A stretch of DNA of 64,000 bases from a virus (IMGVR_UViG_3300033121_001335:1-64000), one strand, 5' to 3'. Shown: positions 18,707-27,235, numbered from the stretch's first letter. Notes: generated by a model not told the origin, from the sequence alone. A program made the numbers and translations.

Positions 18707-19144
18707 ATGACAACTACAACAATTAACACTGCTACTGCTAAAACGACTCTTGCTGAGCATGTTAAAGAAGCAAGTGTAGGGATGAACCAAAGCGTAGTGA
18801 TTGACGCTAAAACCTTCGTAAAAGACCTCGCAGCCCTTGAGGTGAAGGAAGAGTTTGATTACTACACGAGAGAGAACAGGGGGCATTTCAGGTTTTTTAC
18901 AGAGGACGGTAAAAAGCTTTGTGTTAGCATTTCAGAGGCTGGATTGGCTTCTGCACCTGCTAAAATCAAGCTTAGCGAAGAGCCATCCGAAATCCTGATG
19001 TGGAGTTTGAAAAACCTTACATTACGGAGTGGTGTTAGCAACACTACAGGCAATGACTACCTTTCATTTGGTGTTACTGGTGAAGGCACACTTGTCACTG
19101 GTAAAATCAACCTTAAGGCTTTCATTAAGGCTTATGCTGGTTAA
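18707..19144 (+). CDS. hypothetical protein, first rightward gene
   Basis: ORF track; own terminator downstream; ends ..KAYAG. Confidence 0.65.
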   Translation: MTTTTINTATAKTTLAEHVKEASVGMNQSVVIDAKTFVKDLAALEVKEEFDYYTRENRGHFRFFTEDGKKLCVSISEAGLASAPAKIKLSEEPSEILMWSLKNLTLRSGVSNTTGNDYLSFGVTGEGTLVTGKINLKAFIKAYAG

Positions 19145-19146
19145 TT

Positions 19147-19170
19147 AAAGGGGCTTCGGCCCTTTTATTT
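19147..19170 (+). terminator. intrinsic terminator
   Basis: aaaggggc-ttcg-gccctttt with a UUCG loop and a T-run. Confidence 0.7.
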
Positions 19171-19419
19171 ATATAAATAAGGGGAATATTATGAATGGAA
19201 TGGTTGTAATAGCCTAGTATTACAATATTCTCCTTATTCTATATATAGGGTGGGTAATAAGTGTATACGAAGGGTGGGAAATACCAAAAACGAGGACATT
19301 ATTTATTAATCAATTGATTATCAGAATGTTATGTGTCATACATTAACATTGCTGTGGGCATTCGATTGCCAATACATCACTAACTAAAACAAGCTGGGAA
19401 GCTTTATATCCATTAATTT

Positions 19420-19692
19420 ATGGCAAAGAGTCCTGTATTTGTATCATTAGACCTGTCCACAACAACTAATTCTGGTGATAAAGCTGTTGTTGACAAAAGA
19501 TTATTAACCTCTTTCTTTAAAAAGTTTGAGCCATCCAATTTGGAAGAGCTTAAAACCAGTTTAAAAACACTGATTGATAACAGCCAAACTATGGAGGAAA
19601 TGGCGGAAGTGGTGGATGAACACCTGTACATCACCCAAATAGCCACCAAATATCATGGAATCACTCAGTCTGAAGCTTTAGCTGGTGTCTAA
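19420..19692 (+). CDS. hypothetical protein
   Basis: ORF track; isolated gene in the control region. Confidence 0.5.
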   Translation: MAKSPVFVSLDLSTTTNSGDKAVVDKRLLTSFFKKFEPSNLEELKTSLKTLIDNSQTMEEMAEVVDEHLYITQIATKYHGITQSEALAGV

Positions 19693-19977
19693 TTCACATT
19701 AAATATGTTTTGGTTATGTCCAATACACGCTGCAATAGGTGGTGAGGACATAATTAAATGCATTGTTGTGACAATTGTGGCTATAAAATAGACAAATTTT
19801 GTCTTCAGCCTTGCTGGTGGCTTAATACAGAGGAATTATATGTACAATATATAGGGGATTTGGGCATCAGATGTGCTATTATTGCTGGCAGCATTGGTGT
19901 TCATTTCCCTATATATTAGTATGTAGTGTTTTCCCTATGGCAAAAAGTGACTAAATGGGCTATTTTTATCATAACTC

Positions 19978-19990
19978 ATTGATTATCAAT
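19978..19990. promoter_or_regulatory. operator-like palindrome ATTGATTATCAAT (copy 1)
   Basis: Perfect inverted repeat ATTGAT-T-ATCAAT. Confidence 0.45.
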
Positions 19991-20095
19991 AAACATTTAA
20001 CGATGATTATTGGTAAATAACGATATTTTTATGATAAAATGGGTGATTTGGGGGGTGTGGACACATCCTTGGAACTTTGGTTTATAACGTAAACT

Positions 20096-20108
20096 ATTGA
20101 TAATCAAT
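20096..20108. promoter_or_regulatory. operator-like palindrome ATTGATAATCAAT (copy 2, flanked by GTAAACT)
   Basis: acgtaaactattgataatcaatatt; 21-nt near-identity with copy 3. Confidence 0.45.
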
Positions 20109-20833
20109 ATTTGGGGCAAGCTATAATGGCATTAAAACTTAATAACTATGAGCAAAATAGTTAGGTCTTATATGGTATTAATACGCCATTTTATTGCTCT
20201 TCTGAGCCATTAAGCATAAGGTGAACAACAATGCACATTTGGGGAATGTATAAATCCAGCCAAGCTATAATAGATGCAAGTATCCTTAACATTAAATCGG
20301 AGGAGAAAACTGGACGACTATTATAGAGAATACGTCTTGGGACAAACGGTAACCATTATAAGTCCTTTTTACTTATAACACAATCTGCAAACCAAATAAG
20401 CACATAATCCAGTTGTTTGCTTATTTTAAGGGGTTGTGTTCAGGATATTGAACTAAAAGCACCAAATGGAAGGATTGCCTACACTTGTTCTGCTTTTGTT
20501 AATAAAAAGTAATTACGAAACATTCCAGTTTTGGGTGTATTAGACGAAGGTGAGATTATATTCACTATTACTTTTAAAATACACTGCATTGTATTTATTT
20601 TCATTTACCACTTATTATTATGATGCAAACTATTGTTTTTTAATTGTTCAAAAAGAACAAAAATAAGTTCTGGGTCATCACTATGTCATGACATATGTGA
20701 GAAAACCTCAATAACTGGGTTTTGTATGCCATTTGAAAAAATAAATGGTAGACTTTCCCTAATATTGTAAGAGGTGATAATGGTCGTATTGGTACAGGCA
20801 TGTAAGAATATACGACACACTATTATGTAAACT

Positions 20834-20846
20834 ATTGATTATCAAT
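20834..20846. promoter_or_regulatory. operator-like palindrome ATTGATTATCAAT (copy 3, flanked by GTAAACT)
   Basis: atgtaaactattgattatcaataag. Confidence 0.45.
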
Positions 20847-21016
20847 AAGTACATTTAGTGTCTGGTTCCCAGTAAGGATTTTAATAAGCTGTAAATCAAT
20901 TAGTTATTTCTATAACTTTGAGATAATTCAGTAATAAGTCCTCTTCCAGAGAGTGGAAAAGAAATCAAGACTCTCCTAAGGTTGTGAGTAGGCTGGTGTT
21001 ACCTGCAACTCTCCTT

Positions 21017-21055
21017 AAAGAATACAGAATTATGCAGAGTTCTGTATTCTTTATT
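21017..21055 (+). terminator. intrinsic terminator / 13-bp hairpin
   Basis: AAAGAATACAGAA (21017-29) / TTCTGTATTCTTT (21040-52), then TATT. Confidence 0.55.
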
Positions 21056-21058
21056 GTT

Positions 21059-21107
21059 ACCAAAGACAAACTGGTTGTTTAATATGGTTCGATTCCATAC
21101 TTTTGGT
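21059..21107 (+). other. tRNA-like minihelix (acceptor stem + T-arm only)
   Basis: T-arm TATGG-TTCGATT-CCATA (21083-21099). 3' strand CTTTTGGT pairs with ACCAAAG (21059-65). No D arm and no proper anticodon arm. Confidence 0.3.
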
Positions 21108-21290
21108 CTAAATTGTATTATTATGAGAAATTATACATTTCATTGGCAGTATAAATATCAAATAACTGTTTATAATGCCAATAATGATTCTAAAAGGACA
21201 CATTCATCTGATAATATTAAGGATATTATTGATATATATCTTGATAAGAAAAGTGAAGGTGTATATTTTAGATTTTTGAAAAATAAATAA
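21084..21290 (+). CDS. hypothetical small protein
   Basis: ORF track 21054..21290 trimmed to its first ATG (MVRFHTFGL...). Confidence 0.35.
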   Translation: MVRFHTFGLNCIIMRNYTFHWQYKYQITVYNANNDSKRTHSSDNIKDIIDIYLDKKSEGVYFRFLKNK

Positions 21291-21297
21291 AATCACC

Positions 21298-21477
21298 ATG
21301 TGGAAGAAAATATATTTTATAGACTATGATAAAGTCAAAAAATATATTTGGGTTTATACATACAAACAATTTAAACACCTCTGGATTAGCCTTTTACGAA
21401 CTAAAGGTGAGATGTTTATAAAAATCTCCAGTCCTGAGTGTGGACACCAATTATTATGGAAAGACTCTATCCAATAG
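21298..21477 (+). CDS. hypothetical 59-aa protein
   Basis: Manual translation MWKKIYFIDYDKVKKYIWVYTYKQFKHLWISLLRTKGEMFIKISSPECGHQLLWKDSIQ*. Confidence 0.35.
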   Translation: MWKKIYFIDYDKVKKYIWVYTYKQFKHLWISLLRTKGEMFIKISSPECGHQLLWKDSIQ

Positions 21478-21683
21478 AAGACACTAAATATTCAGCTGAT
21501 TTCTCTTCTATGAGTCCGTTTATATATAAAGACTTTCCCTTTGGAAGATTAGTTTTTAAATGTAAAGAGGCGGGGGCTGTAATCATAGTTACTGATAACA
21601 ATTCTGTTATGGCTGCAAGATTTTCCAGAGATAATATGAGGCATGGAGTAAAATATGCATTTAGACCAAAATTTACTAATTAA
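21456..21683 (+). CDS. hypothetical protein
   Basis: ORF track 21438..21683 trimmed to ATG (MERLYPIEDTKY...). Confidence 0.45.
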   Translation: MERLYPIEDTKYSADFSSMSPFIYKDFPFGRLVFKCKEAGAVIIVTDNNSVMAARFSRDNMRHGVKYAFRPKFTN

Positions 21684-21684
21684 T

Positions 21685-21768
21685 ATAATTCTCTTCCTTA
21701 ATAATAAGCACAGCTTTATTGTATATAGTATTTGTATATTTTAAAGTTTTATTAGGGAAGAGAATTAT
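21685..21768 (+). other. 20-bp-stem hairpin
   Basis: ATAATTCTCTTCCTTAATAA (21685-21704) / TTATTAGGGAAGAGAATTAT (21749-21768). The single U.G pair is valid only on the plus-strand RNA. Confidence 0.55.
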
Positions 21769-21780
21769 AATTGTTGCAAT

Positions 21781-22872
21781 AAAGAGTGAGAGAAGGGAAA
21801 CATATGAGAGCTTGACTCATCCTTTCGAAGAGCATCACTCTTTAAAATTGCACTAAAAGCTACGAAAAACCTGTAAGGTTTCTAGAGAAATAAGATGAAA
21901 ACAAATTCACCTTATTGGTTATAAGTGGCTAATTGATTATTAATAAAAAATTTCTTAATAGTGGAAGTATGAATAAGTGCTAACATAGATTAGCAGCTTG
22001 CACTATTAATAGAATGGTAACAACTATTTCTTCTGCACAACTCATGTAGATATACTTCTTAGGACTTGAGATACAAAAGACAGCCTTGCTTGATAGAAAG
22101 GTGTAGGGAATATGTATCGTTGGATAGACTATCATCGAATCCCTAACTAAGATGTGAAACTACCTGATTAATAGGGTCTATGGATGTGTTCATAGTTTAC
22201 GAAGTGCGAACCATTAATCAGCTCCCAAGGGTGAGACAGTTGTAATAGGACAAGTCGTAGTACCTGTAAGTGTGTTAAACCTACCACTATTACAACTGAG
22301 TGCAGAAGAAACCTCTTTAAGAACTCTCTGGCTCTTGTGCATACATAAAAGTTACCGCTTTAGCGTTGATAGCCTAACAGCTATTTACAGATGGCTGGTG
22401 TATGTGGAGAGAGTAGAATAGCTGATACCGAACTACCTATCTGGTGAAGGTTTGAAAGCTTTGACTTCTACTGGCTGTAACCCAAGAGAGTTCTTATTTT
22501 AAAAATATTAAAGCTTAAAGCTGTCTTCGGCACTCAGAAGACCCACAGCAATAAGCTTTAACTTCTTTATGACAAAATAGGGTAGTGGTAAGATAAAAGT
22601 AAAGATATTGAACCAAGGAGTATTCCAACTGTCAATTATGACCATGTTTGTGCACTAAGCAGAAAGCCAGTATACATGACGAGAGCTTCCTTAGGGGCAT
22701 CTTTTAAACTTACTGCTGCTCTATTTTTAACAGCAATATTTATTACATATAAAATAAAATAGCTCATTGTGATATGTTGGATTGAGCAATCTGACATAAG
22801 ATATAAGGATAACCTAAGAGAAGGGGGACACAGCAGGCTTATTGCTTGGTACTTATATCACCCGAAAGGGTT
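21781..22872 (+). ncRNA. candidate large structured non-coding RNA (~1.1 kb, ORF-free)
   Basis: Nested long-range helices: 21781-89/21835-43; 22027-38/22300-11 (12 bp); 22164-72/22213-21; 22237-48/22287-98 (12 bp); 22319-28/22486-95 (10-11 bp); 22508-23/22546-61; 22800-07/22852-59; a GAAA tetraloop hairpin at 22860-71. No ORF of 60 aa or more on either strand. Confidence 0.4.
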
Positions 22873-23027
22873 ATTTATTAACATTTAAATTTATAAACAT
22901 GAAAAAGCAAACTTTTACGCCTGATAAGGCAGTTATTGAACATATATCAAAATTAATCAAATCTGGGAGATGATTTTGATGTATTAACAAAATTATCAAA
23001 AAGTCTTAAAAATAAAAGCATTAAGCT

Positions 23028-23750
23028 ATGTTTAAAAGAGCAAAAGTGGTTATGTTACCCACTAATCAAAAAGCACCTGAAGGTACATTATATCTTCAAC
23101 ACAACCAGCTTAGAATATCCCAAGGAGGTATTACTAATGCAATTAATCAAAACAAAAATAATAAAAGTGTAAATCATCAACATCTTTATATTTTATCAGA
23201 TGAAGAAATAAAAGCTGGATATTTAGCAATGAATATGTACAATAATACAAATACCATATTCAAGATAACTAAAGTTTTAGCAGATGGTTACGAAGGTCAA
23301 AAACTTAATGAGCCCAATATATTTTATGGTTTATCTAAAACTCTTAAAAAAATTATTGCTACAACTGATAGTTCTTTAAAAGTTTTTATTGATAAAGCAT
23401 ATATGAATTTTGGAGAAACAGAGTGTTTACCTCAACCATCTCAATCATTCATTGAAAAATATGTTGAGAAGTATAATAAAGGTGAACAGATTACTGATAT
23501 ATTAGTTGAATACGAATTTGATGTAAGTAGAAAACCATTTGCTATTGGTAGTAATCCTGAACATTATAATCTTAAAGTAAATCTTAAAGACAACACTATT
23601 ACAATTAAGCCTGTAAAAGAGAATTGGAACAGAAGTGAAGTGCTTCATTTTCTTGGCGAAGCTTTCAGATTGGGCAAACAGGTTCAAAGGAGTCCTGATT
23701 ATTATTCTTTATGTGACCCATTAGCTGATTTAGCTAAAAAATTATTATAA
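23028..23750 (+). CDS. hypothetical protein
   Basis: ORF track; 240 aa; no motif recognised. Confidence 0.65.
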   Translation: MFKRAKVVMLPTNQKAPEGTLYLQHNQLRISQGGITNAINQNKNNKSVNHQHLYILSDEEIKAGYLAMNMYNNTNTIFKITKVLADGYEGQKLNEPNIFYGLSKTLKKIIATTDSSLKVFIDKAYMNFGETECLPQPSQSFIEKYVEKYNKGEQITDILVEYEFDVSRKPFAIGSNPEHYNLKVNLKDNTITIKPVKENWNRSEVLHFLGEAFRLGKQVQRSPDYYSLCDPLADLAKKLL

Positions 23751-24023
23751 AAAGCGGCAAGGTGTTAAGAGTTTGTATTTTCTCAAGAAAGGTGTAAGCA
23801 TACAAAATCTACAGATTTGGGTAGCATAGAAAGATTCAAAGAATTAACTCCAGAACAATTAAACCTATGGAAAACAGCTATAGGAGAACCTATAGACCAT
23901 GAGCCATTATTATATAATTAAAAAGCTTGTTCAACATACAGTGCAATAGAATGGTGAGGACATAAACGGCCTGTTATTGGGTTAATGGGCTGTTTTTATT
24001 AACAAATTAAAATTTATTTGTAT

Positions 24024-24188
24024 ATGAGAAAAATATTTTTTATTATATTTATAATACTATATTTATTATATAATACACCAACTATGACACTATTTGGTTT
24101 AATGTCAATATGGTATTGGGATGCAAAATACATTGATGGATTTTTTGATGGTATGGTGGAAGCATTTGACAGTATTAACCCGTTATAA
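24024..24188 (+). CDS. 54-aa membrane protein
   Basis: Manual translation MRKIFFIIFIILYLLYNTPTMTLFGLMSIWYWDAKYIDGFFDGMVEAFDSINPL*. Confidence 0.4.
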   Translation: MRKIFFIIFIILYLLYNTPTMTLFGLMSIWYWDAKYIDGFFDGMVEAFDSINPL

Positions 24189-24210
24189 ACACAATTAAAA
24201 TTAAATTATT

Positions 24211-24471
24211 ATGAAAAAATTAACATTATTTCTATTCCAATTGGCGTTTCTTATTGGATTTTTCTTCTTTCTGTTTTCTGCTGTAGATTTAGTGGATGCC
24301 AAACACATGAAATTGGATAAAACCCCCTTTCTTAACTTGCCTTCTACAAGCTCTGTAATGGCTTTGGCGTTAATATTTATGATATTAAGCCTACTAGCCT
24401 TTTTTGTCACTTCAGGGGCTAATTCAGCCTCTAATGAGCTTGAGGAGGATTATGATAGATTAACACAGTAA
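24211..24471 (+). CDS. membrane protein (2 TM segments)
   Basis: LTLFLFQLAFLIGFFFFLF and VMALALIFMILSLLAFFV. Confidence 0.55.
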   Translation: MKKLTLFLFQLAFLIGFFFFLFSAVDLVDAKHMKLDKTPFLNLPSTSSVMALALIFMILSLLAFFVTSGANSASNELEEDYDRLTQ

Positions 24472-24544
24472 ATTAAAAAATGATTTAAAAAAGCTGGTAT
24501 TGCCCCCGAAGGGTTTTGAATGATTAAAATTTAAATTAATAAGT

Positions 24545-24913
24545 ATGAATAATTCAATTTGGAACACCTGCATAGGTGAAGCGATTAGGAAAGCAAAACT
24601 TTCGGGTACGCTTATACCATCAAACGAAGTGGATGAGATTATAAGTGAACTTGAAAAGTTGAAGCGGACAACCCCAAAAGAGCCTGAGACCGTTCAGGGC
24701 AATGATGAAAAGGGAGTTGACAATTTTATCCCTCCAGACCACGGGGATGTGTGTTGGCAAATAGGCGCAAAGAATTTCAGTAGAAAAGAAGTTGCATATC
24801 TGTTATACACACAAAGAGCAATGATAGGCAATGATTTGAAAGCCCATTGTGGTAATGAAATGACTGATGAAATGTTTAAGATATTGAGCAACCCCCGAAC
24901 CCCCAATTATTAA
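24545..24913 (+). CDS. hypothetical protein
   Basis: ORF track; followed by a CCTTCCCT..AGGGAGGG hairpin. Confidence 0.6.
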   Translation: MNNSIWNTCIGEAIRKAKLSGTLIPSNEVDEIISELEKLKRTTPKEPETVQGNDEKGVDNFIPPDHGDVCWQIGAKNFSRKEVAYLLYTQRAMIGNDLKAHCGNEMTDEMFKILSNPRTPNY

Positions 24914-24962
24914 CCGTCCTTCCCTGCCCATGTAAGGAGTAGGGAGGGGGAAAAAGAAAAAC

Positions 24963-25196
24963 ATGGAACTTAAAGATAAAAAATTTGCAGTAGTTTACAA
25001 AGACTTCTCATTCTCAACTGAAAATGAAGATATGATTGAACAGTATAAGGCCAAATCAAATTTTTTAGCAGTGTTACCTTATGACTTCTACTGGAATCTT
25101 GATAAAGATGAAATGACGACAAATCACAACGAGAGAATGTACGCTAAGGTTTTGGGATGGATAGATGGATACAAGTTCGCTAATAATGTCCGGTAG
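24963..25196 (+). CDS. hypothetical protein
   Basis: ORF track. Confidence 0.55.
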   Translation: MELKDKKFAVVYKDFSFSTENEDMIEQYKAKSNFLAVLPYDFYWNLDKDEMTTNHNERMYAKVLGWIDGYKFANNVR

Positions 25197-25276
25197 CCTT
25201 TCCCCTTAGTCAGATAGCTGCAAATAGTAAATAACAAAACAAAAAAATTAATCTATAAAAGCTAATAGAATTACTT

Positions 25277-25462
25277 ATGAATTGGGATGAACTTATACAA
25301 ATTATTGGGGATAATACAGAAACTCCAGAGCAGTTAAAAGCTATCCGTGATGCAGCTTTGCGAAGGCAGGGAATTGAAGTACTACTGCTGAATTTCGCAC
25401 TAAAGTTTAATAAATGTACTTCTGTTGGTTTAAGCACATCAGCCCTGCTTTTGCCAATATAA
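25277..25462 (+). CDS. hypothetical protein
   Basis: ORF track; the antisense ORF 25210..25437 is judged a shadow. Confidence 0.45.
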   Translation: MNWDELIQIIGDNTETPEQLKAIRDAALRRQGIEVLLLNFALKFNKCTSVGLSTSALLLPI

Positions 25463-25481
25463 TGTTGGGCGTAGTTACATT

Positions 25482-25733
25482 ATGGAAAGAGTTAAAAATG
25501 ATATGGAAGATTTTGTCATTAACGGCAAACTTACCATTAAGGAGTTGTACGAATTAGCAAAGAAAGATGGGTTTGAAGATAGATACCTTTTCTTTTCCGT
25601 TAAGAACAAAACAACAGGGCAACATTTTAGCACCGATACAGTTGTTGATTTTGGGAAAGGATGGAGTAAAGATAGTGCTATTATGCACTTGACTTGGGAA
25701 GATTTGCCACATCAGGATGCGTGTGCCGGGTAA
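25482..25733 (+). CDS. hypothetical protein flanked by 15-bp inverted repeats
   Basis: ORF track; IRs at 25464-25478 and 25730-25744. Confidence 0.55.
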   Translation: MERVKNDMEDFVINGKLTIKELYELAKKDGFEDRYLFFSVKNKTTGQHFSTDTVVDFGKGWSKDSAIMHLTWEDLPHQDACAG

Positions 25734-25857
25734 TTACGCCCAACGGTTGCGTATATAAGAGGTACGCCACCGAGATTATGAACTGAAAAAATATGCTTCT
25801 GCGTATCTCTTATATACGTTGTTAGCAGAAGTACGAATTTTTAAAACAAAATAACTT

Positions 25858-26139
25858 ATGGAAAAAGAATTTATTTTATGTGCTGCATTAAATTTTAACG
25901 GAAATATAATTTGCGGACATAGGCATTCAGATTGTTATGCAACTTTACAAGATGTTGTAAAAGTAAAAGATGAAGATATGCCGCAAAGAGAAAATCAAGG
26001 ATTCTTAACTTCTTTAAATCGATACGTTGATAGAAAAGAAGGGTGGAAAATCGCAAAAGAAAACAATCAAATACAATGGGGATTAAGTGCTTCTGAAATA
26101 GGCGAAGATTCACAGTTAATTAGCGAAAATCTCTATTAG
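25858..26139 (+). CDS. hypothetical protein
   Basis: ORF track. Confidence 0.6.
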   Translation: MEKEFILCAALNFNGNIICGHRHSDCYATLQDVVKVKDEDMPQRENQGFLTSLNRYVDRKEGWKIAKENNQIQWGLSASEIGEDSQLISENLY

Positions 26140-26215
26140 AAACGAAAACGCAGTATTTCTGCTAACATACAATATGTGAGAACGGGTTATAAACTATTGA
26201 TTTAAAACAAATAGT

Positions 26216-27046
26216 ATGAATATTTCTGAACACACGGGTAATTTCATTCAGGAAATGAAACGTAGAAATTATAGCCAAAACACTATTGATAACTATTCTT
26301 CCTGCATTAAATATTTTTTCGCCCAATCAGCCAAAGACCATCCAAAAAATATTAACGAACAGGATATAAAAGATTTTTTAGGCAAGTTCACAGAGGTAAA
26401 TACTCAACGCAACTACCATAGTGCAATAAAGAAATTCTACGATGTTTGTTTAGGACAAAAGGAAAAGTTCAAATATATTCCTTACGCACAAAAGAATAGC
26501 AAACTGCCAATAGTTTTATCTGTTGAAGAAATACAAAAAATGTTCTCTGTTTGCGAAAACACTAAGCACAAAGTTATACTTGCCTTACTATACTCATGCG
26601 GATTGAGGGTATCGGAATTAATAAATTTGAAGTGGGCTGATATTGACCGAAGCAGAATGATTATAAATATCATTCAGGCAAAGGGCAAAAAAGATAGACA
26701 GGTTATGCTTACGCCTCAATTAATCCCGTTACTGGAAAAGTATTACAAAGAATATAAAAGTAAAACGTATGTGCTGAATGGATGGAAGAACGAATTGCAA
26801 TATTCAGATAGAAGTGTAGGCGAAGTGGTTAAGCAATTAGCAACTAAAGCAGGTATCAGCAAAAGAGTTTATACTCATTTACTTCGTCATTGCAGCTTTA
26901 CTCACATGGTAGAAAATGGAACGGACATAAATTTAATACAGAAATTAGCAGGACATAGTAATGTTAAAACGACATCTATCTATACCCATATTTCACATAA
27001 CTTGATTTCAAAGATACACTCCCCTTTAGCAAATATTAATCTTTAA
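26216..27046 (+). CDS. int: tyrosine recombinase / integrase (XerC/D-like)
   Basis: Catalytic pattern: GLRVSELINL (Arg), HLLRHCSFTHM (H-x-x-R), AGHSNVKTTSIYTH (His..Tyr). N-terminal SAM-like domain NTIDNYSSCIKYF. Confidence 0.9.
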   Translation: MNISEHTGNFIQEMKRRNYSQNTIDNYSSCIKYFFAQSAKDHPKNINEQDIKDFLGKFTEVNTQRNYHSAIKKFYDVCLGQKEKFKYIPYAQKNSKLPIVLSVEEIQKMFSVCENTKHKVILALLYSCGLRVSELINLKWADIDRSRMIINIIQAKGKKDRQVMLTPQLIPLLEKYYKEYKSKTYVLNGWKNELQYSDRSVGEVVKQLATKAGISKRVYTHLLRHCSFTHMVENGTDINLIQKLAGHSNVKTTSIYTHISHNLISKIHSPLANINL

Positions 27047-27235
27047 CCTCACTTCACCACAGCCAGATAAATAGCTAAAAATCATTAATATAACAGCCCC
27101 TATAGTGTTAAAGCCTGTTTCTACAATAGGACTGAAACTACGAATTCTTTAAGTGTACATTACATACCTATTAATTTAATGTGCTTAATTGTTCTAGGCT
27201 GAGCTATGGGGGCTGTTATTATAAAATAATTTAAT

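Noticed and set aside
18519-18886. Two minus-strand ORFs (18519..18713, 18683..18886) across the divergent control region
   Set aside because: They run through the GC-rich hairpin element and antisense to gene 18707..19144. Their sequences are odd (GGGEWDVDTPVPH comes from the G/C tracts). The operon start at 18534 with a -7 box explains the region better.
21781-22872. Naming the structured region as GOLLD, ROOL, a group I/II intron or a ribozyme
   Set aside because: I cannot recall diagnostic consensus sequences well enough, and there are no flanking exon halves of a split gene. It is reported only as an unclassified candidate.
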